Shown one piece after another: positions 58,901-64,000 of a stretch of 64,000 nucleotides of DNA (the stretch's first letter is position 1; each line of letters begins with the position of its first letter). The stretch spans positions 39,873 through 103,872 of the forward strand of contig NMRA01000726.1 of assembly GCA_002633005.1 (NCBI GenBank), in the 5' to 3' direction. This stretch comes from Phoronis australis. Taxonomy: Eukaryota > Animalia > Phoronida. The notes under the pieces are model-generated. The model was not told the DNA's origin, did not search any database, and worked only from the letters and a program-made list of their open reading frames with translations. A program made the translations under genes and the position numbers.

Positions 58901-61900
58901 CGCCATGACTCAGCAACAATTCAAATATTTCGGTACTCTCCAGTGCCACAGCTAAATGCAGTGGCGTTAAAGACTTCACTTTATCAACGAGATTGACGTT
59001 GACCTTGTAATCGCATAATATGCGCACAACATCTGCATGGCCATTTTTCACTGCAACGTGAAGACCAGATGACGACCAGGCGCTGACCTCTTTACTGGGG
59101 TCGTTGCCAGGACTACGTATCGCATTGACGTCTGCTCCCCTATCCACTAGCAGACGGACACAGTGGCAACAGCCAATACGACACGCCAGGTGTAGAGGTG
59201 TCTCGTTGGTTCCGTGCACACGCGATAGCCGGGCTGAAGCTCCCTCTAGGAGGAGCAGACGAACTATGTCGCAGTAACCGTACTTGGCAGCGTAATGAAG
59301 AGGAGAGAGACCTGAAACAACAATGTACCAAGTAGCAACTATACCTTTGGAAAACATTCTAATTGAATGAAAACATTTAAATATGCAACCTAAACATATT
59401 GAGGTGACAGTGGCTTAGTAGGGCAAGTGTCCCCTACCCTTACTCAAGATCGTGGGTTTGAGGCACACTGTTAGACCTTGGAGTCAGGTCTCAAGCTCCT
59501 CAGCTTGGTTTTAACTATAAATCGATGTTAAAACATAGCAATGGTTCCAGGTGATCAGTGCAGCAGTGAGGGCCATATGAGCGGCCTGCGCACACCTGGT
59601 GCAATGTTCACCAGAAAACCTGCAATTACTTTAATTAAACACGTTGACAAACTTTTTGTAAGAATAAATCCAGTGGTCAGGTTCCCCTTCCACAGACCGT
59701 CAGGGCAAAGGTTGTACAATAACAATGATGTGAATGTATTTGTATTTCAAAATAAAGATATTCCCCTAACAAGTGACCATAGCATATAAAATCGAGTAAT
59801 TGTTTCACATCAGCTTTCTGTCAGCAAACACTGAATTAGCATGCGCTCACACGGCCTCGGTGCACGGTCAATCATCTTTGTTGCCGGCATCAAAAGCAGG
59901 TAACGCAGTGGTTTATTCATTGCTGGCTTCTCAACACTTGCACTCACGAATACTGCAAAGGCATTACAAATTGTATCCAATGAGACTGACTTTGTTTCAG
60001 TTTCATATAAGCATTGGTTAGGATGAGAATAGTTCATTTTGAAACAGAACGTAGAACGTCTACATGGCAACTCGCCCGGCACCAATCCCGACTTAGTCAA
60101 AAGCTCATCCGACAAAGACTTCACGAGTCGGATCGCTAGGTTTCACAGGCTATCAGTTCGAAGCGGAATAAATTGATCAAGAAATACTAGAGAGGTGCCG
60201 TAAACATCCAAAGGCAACGGAATTTGTCAGAGAAATCACTGTCGACAAAATAACGGCCACAGACACGGAGATGTTTCACGGCCTCATACTTGCTATTAAC
60301 AGCGTAGCTTTCATTCTTCACTACCGCGAGCCACTTCCTAAGCATTTCGGGCTCTCGAGGAAATCGAAAAAATGATATACCCGCTTTATTCGCAGCTTCA
60401 TAGTTCAGACAAGCGGGAACGATGCACCGCAATATAGCGGCATTCACTCTGCAGAAGAACCACTGACATCGCTGCATCATTTCTCATCTTCCTCACAGAT
60501 TAACGCGACACCTCTCGGCAAGGTGAGGTCGATCGTATAAGAGGTGATTTGATATAGAACGATTAAGATGGTAAAAAAGACTAATTAAATCGGGTGGCAT
60601 TCTCCTTTAATGACACTAACATCTTGAATGTCATTATGTGCAAAAAAATGACAGATTAGGATACCAAACTGCGCTTTTGGCCTATTGGCAGATATTAAAT
60701 GGCTTTCCCATCCCATTCACTGCAACAAAATGATGCTCTCCACAACTCTCAAAAGTTTGGAGGATAACTTGAAAACTTTTTTCGAAGTTTATGTTATGAC
60801 CAAGCATGCACCTACTCTTTTAACGAATTATAAGGCAAACGAGGGGAAAGACCACCTAACAAGAAGAACAATGTCCAATCTGAGACATAAGGTTTTAGTC
60901 GACTGTTCAAGGTTTGTGCATTAGGAGGTGACGGAACGAGCATTGTCTGAAACCATCCTTTTAATTATGAAAAATTCCTTGGCATTTCATTGCAAGGGGA
61001 GATAACTATCGAGTCAAAAGAGTCTGACAGAATGACCATAATACCATTCTTATCCATGGTTCGCACAGCAGCACCACTGTTGATGATTGCCTGAACTGCT
61101 TGTACACTGCCGCTCTCCACAGCTCGGTGTATTGGTTTCCGTCCCTCTTCATCTGTTGACCAGATGTGCCCCAGTCTAGCCAGGGCTTTGATGATTGACG
61201 GGTTACCATGGCAGCAAGCGATCAAGAGACACTTATCATAGTCCAGATTCGTAAAACCTGGCAACATAGGGAAACACGAACAATGGCCGACTTCAAAGTA
61301 TGTAGTTTAGGTAATTTGGTTGCTTTCCTCATAACACTTCAATGTATTAATACTCATATCACAACATACCAGACTCAAAAACAAACATGGATTTATGCGA
61401 TCGTTTAGTTTTAAAATTGAAATGCAGTTCGCCATTCCCACCAATCNATACCATTCTTATCCATGGTTCGCACAGCAGCACCACTGTTGATGATTGCCTG
61501 AACTGCTTGTACACTGCCGCTCTCCACAGCTCGGTGTATTGGTTTCCGTCCCTCTTCATCTGTTGACCAGATGTGCCCCAGTCTAGCCAGGGCTTTGATG
61601 ATTGACGGGTTACCATGGCAGCAAGCGATCAAGAGACACTTATCATAGTCCAAATTCGTAAAACCTGCCAACATAGGGAAACACGAACAATGGCCGACTT
61701 CAAAGTATGTAGTTTAGGTAATTTGGTTGCTTTCCTCATAAGACTTCAATGTGTTAATACTCATATCACAACATATCAGATTCGAAAACATACGTGGATT
61801 TACGTGATTGTTTAGTTTTAAAATTGAAATGCAATTCGCCATTCCCACCAATCACTAATCGCGTAACCTGCTAACAGACAAAAGCACATATAATTAAATG

Positions 61901-62192
61901 TCATTGACCCATAAGTCCTAATAATTGGGACACATGGGTAGCCATGTTTTTTTTAAATGGGTCGCATATAACGCGCCGGCATTTTGAGAACCAGTTTTTT
62001 CCACTGAATAATGGGCACCAAACTGGTTCTCAAAACACGGGCACGTTACAACAGACTATTTGCCCTGTATTAGGACTTACATTTCTCCTCCTTGTGGACT
62101 TCTAACACAGCTATGACAGCTCCAACATCGTTCTCTTCGATAGCATGAAGCATTTGACTCTGAAGATCAACTCTGTTTTCTTCATCCGACAT
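49556..62192 (-). CDS. Ankyrin repeat and SOCS box containing (ASB-like) protein, 7 exons, ~542 aa
   Basis: Exons 62081-62192, 61045-61257 (duplicated at 61452-61664), 58772-59311, 54354-54500, 51761-51850, 50713-50893, 49556-49901, phase-compatible. Many TPLHxA ankyrin motifs; C-terminal SOCS box PWSLREWCRHVLRKHL...VDRLCLPRALKCFI. Confidence 0.9.
50713..50893 (-). CDS. ASB-like exon 6
   Basis: EVVKRLIQAGALID...PTPLH...LKVLTSVGA. Confidence 0.85.
51500..51695. repeat. ~33-bp tandem repeat, about 6 copies
   Basis: AGCAGTATCTGGTATCTGTA..GATATCAAGTT units. Confidence 0.75.
51761..51850 (-). CDS. ASB-like exon 5
   Basis: VVDLLLDAGHHVNVVDSTGLTPLHSAIIR. Confidence 0.9.
52348..53009 (-). mobile_element. 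DINE-1/HINE-like non-autonomous Helentron element, copy 1
   Basis: Minus strand starts with a T run and palindrome CCACATATAAATATGTGG, then a (TCCG)n microsatellite, and ends with a subterminal inverted repeat, stem-loop and CTCTTGTT. Confidence 0.65.
53200..54243 (-). mobile_element. DINE-1/HINE-like element, decayed copy 2
   Basis: Shares AATGCATC.CAAACAGT, AAATTGCCAC..GG internal repeats and GTGGGTGCATAAAAA end with copies 1 and 3. Confidence 0.5.
54354..54500 (-). CDS. ASB-like exon 4
   Basis: GLTALHYAA...GLTCLHYAASAGNL. Confidence 0.9.
54635..54843. mobile_element. Inverted dimer of tRNA-derived SINE arms, family B, copy 2
   Basis: 29-bp inverted ends CACGCCACCTGTTGACAACATCACATGAC / GTCACGTGATGTGGCCAACAGGTGGCGTG; B-boxes GGTTCGAGTCC (-) and GGTTCAAGTCC (+). 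Confidence 0.6.
56127..57485 (-). mobile_element. DINE-1/HINE-like element, copy 3, with internal tandem repeats
   Basis: AACAAGAGCAACGCGGA...ATGCGCCCAC at one end, GGACG/GGACA microsatellite and CCACATATAAATATGTGGGTGCATAAAAA at the other; repeated AAATTGCCACTAGG.GGC units inside. Confidence 0.7.
58772..59311 (-). CDS. ASB-like exon 3
   Basis: LSPLHYAAKYG, ETPLHLAC, LTPLHLAV, TTPLHHAV ankyrin repeats. Confidence 0.95.
59400..59628 (+). mobile_element. tRNA-derived SINE, family A
   Basis: Degenerate A/B boxes; CTCCTCAGCTTGGTTTTAAC and ATGGTTCCAGGTGATCAGTGCA body. Confidence 0.6.
60187..60480 (-). pseudogene. Degenerate THAP zinc-finger ORF, probably a DNA-transposon relic in ASB-like intron 2
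   Basis: CIVPAC...SFFRFP.....LRKW.....LRVCGRYF: THAP signature with the zinc-binding His replaced by Tyr. Confidence 0.6.
61045..61257 (-). CDS. ASB-like exon 2
   Basis: CLLIACCHGNPSIIKAL...GRKPIHRAVESGSVQAVQAII ankyrin repeats. Confidence 0.85.
61452..61664 (-). CDS. ASB-like exon 2 (duplicate copy)
   Basis: Near-identical to 61045-61257. Confidence 0.7.
61969..62048. repeat. Inverted repeat (hairpin)
   Basis: Perfect 16-bp arms TTTTGAGAACCAGTTT (61982-61997) / AAACTGGTTCTCAAAA (62020-62035), extending imperfectly outward. Confidence 0.8.
62081..62192 (-). CDS. ASB-like exon 1
   Basis: MSDEENRVDLQSQMLHAIEENDVGAVIAVL...|gtaagt, phase 1. Confidence 0.75.
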
Positions 62193-63694
62193 TTTGACAC
62201 CATCGGTTTACAGATCTCTGTAACGACACAATATAGTCTTCTTTTTAATAGGTTACGACGAATTTTCTTCATTTTTAGAACACAATGTGGAGGAACAATG
62301 ATCGCAAATTATTCCATTAAAATTTTCAACAAAAGTAAATGTGAAAAGAAATTTACTTCAAAATTTCCAGACTTTATATTTTATAACTGCAATCCACAAA
62401 CAATGATATTCACAAATTTTCGAATATACAATCAGGTTTTGAAAGTTGTAAAAATGATTTTGGCAATGATTTTTTTAAGATTTTAGGAAATTTTATTGAA
62501 TGTGTGATGACACATTCACCTTTAATTTTCTTCATTATTTTGGGATAGACTCCGCCCAACACTTGGGTGTAGTTATAACTTTACTTTATATAGGCATAGC
62601 GGTATTGCCCAAGTGACTATTCTCCCAAAGTTATTTTGCATCCAAATTATTCAGCTAGAGAAACTGTTATCTCCAGTGGCATCTCTTAGTCATGGCCATG
62701 AACTTGAAATACCAGCAATCCTTCGGCACTGTCTAGTGACAAATTCATTGGCAAAGGACAACCTAAATATAGCACTCTTTCAAGAAAAATATTTGAACTT
62801 TAAACTTGTCTGGGTATAAATGCATGTACATAATAACACAAGATGACCAAAAAATGACATCCCATATTTTAAAATTGTTCTGAATTGTTTCCTTGCTTCA
62901 GCGAATCCACTAAGGGATAGGTCACTGCTTCCTCTTTCCTAGTTTCCATTTCAATTGGGAGGGTATCAAGTGATTTATTACTAATGACGTTATTGCAGTA
63001 ACTTCCTGTTTGAACTGCATTACAGGAACAGCTAGAAGAACAGAGTTTAGACAGCGTGTAGTTGTTTGTCTGATCATTTCTGCATCTACTGCTGTACTAG
63101 GGAGAAGTGACATGGGACTGTGTAGTCGTTTTTCTCAAGAAACCAGAGTTTGAGGTAACTACTGACAGAAAAAGCTGAGCATACATTGATATTTTTCCTG
63201 GTTTTGAAAGTTGTATTCTTACAATAGCGGAGGTAACAAAATATGCCCATAGCGCACTACTGCCAGGTTCTGTATTAGGTTGCTTACGTTATGTGCTACA
63301 CAGACAGAACCACTGGACAAGAAAGACAAACGCATGATTGTTGATGGCCAAGGTGGGGGTTCTAAAATGCATTGCTATGAACAAGGGGGTCAAACACAAA
63401 ACCGAAAGGGGTTTTGCCCAAGGGAGGGGGAGAGGGGCTTTTTGTAATGAAGAGGAGGTCAATGCCTTGCTGTGCCCCCCCCTCTCCTAAATGGCTGGGT
63501 CAGTCAGGTAACTATCTATCTATCCAGCAATTGTTAGCACACAACTAAGCCCTTGTAATTCTAAGGATAAAAGCTCAATTTGTTTTTATTTTTATCCTTT
63601 ACTTCTACAGAAATCAATTATGTCATATTTTATTAATATTTATTTTATTACCGAAACACTGAACCCGATGTAGAATGTGTCTTGTCATTTTTAG

Positions 63695-64000
63695 CTGCGT
63701 AGGCATGCATCTGGTATTGATTCGTGAGGGCTATGCGGCCATACATGTGCCGGACGTCACCTTGAGTGAAGGTTACAAACTGTCAATAGGGGGCATGGAG
63801 GTCGACACGCCTGACATCGAGCCTGCCCAGTGGTTTAAAACGCTTATCATGGACTATATGACGATTGACTGCAGCAAACGTATCGTAAAGTGGAGCACGG
63901 AGGCCTCAGAGACAGACTGCAAGTCTGAGCAGACGACACGCAATTCACACATTCTGTACAGCACAGGCGAATTTTCCGATTTCGAAACTCAAAGCGACGA
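63695..64000 (+). CDS. Probable coding exon of an unidentified gene, running off the window
   Basis: CATTTTTAG acceptor, ATG at 63705, higher GC, stop-free frame to the end (MHLVLIREGYAAIHVPDVTLSEGYKLSIGG...). Confidence 0.55.

Larger units (their letters stand above)
61041..61853. repeat. 406-bp tandem duplication (61041-61446 / 61448-61853) around a single N; probable haplotype-overlap artefact
   Basis: Near-identical copies separated by N at 61447. Confidence 0.9.

Overview
AT-rich, intron-rich animal genomic DNA, probably an invertebrate (repeat types suggest a mollusc or other lophotrochozoan; this is inference). Genes reconstructed by hand from GT-AG exons: NUP188 (minus strand, 39 exons, ~1763 aa, 38393->5026), GCLM (plus, 6 exons, 270 aa, 38851->47216) head-to-head with NUP188 across 457 bp, an ankyrin-repeat/SOCS-box (ASB-like) gene (minus, 7 exons, ~542 aa, 62192->49556) tail-to-tail with GCLM, and the start of an unidentified plus-strand ORF at the right edge. 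The left edge holds the end of a probable PIF/Harbinger element with a MADF-domain exon. Two tandem duplications (NUP188 exons 16-19; ASB exon 2) each break at a single N and are most likely uncollapsed haplotypes. Introns carry tRNA-derived SINEs, DINE-1/HINE-like elements, MITEs, a decayed THAP element and minisatellites. The most unusual observations: a recurring head-to-head dimer of tRNA-derived SINE arms, a 75-bp tandem repeat amplified from the NUP188 stop-codon region, a duplicated NUP188 splice acceptor that would add a premature stop, and a palindromic double poly(A) signal between GCLM and the ASB gene. No prokaryotic system or CRISPR array is present.
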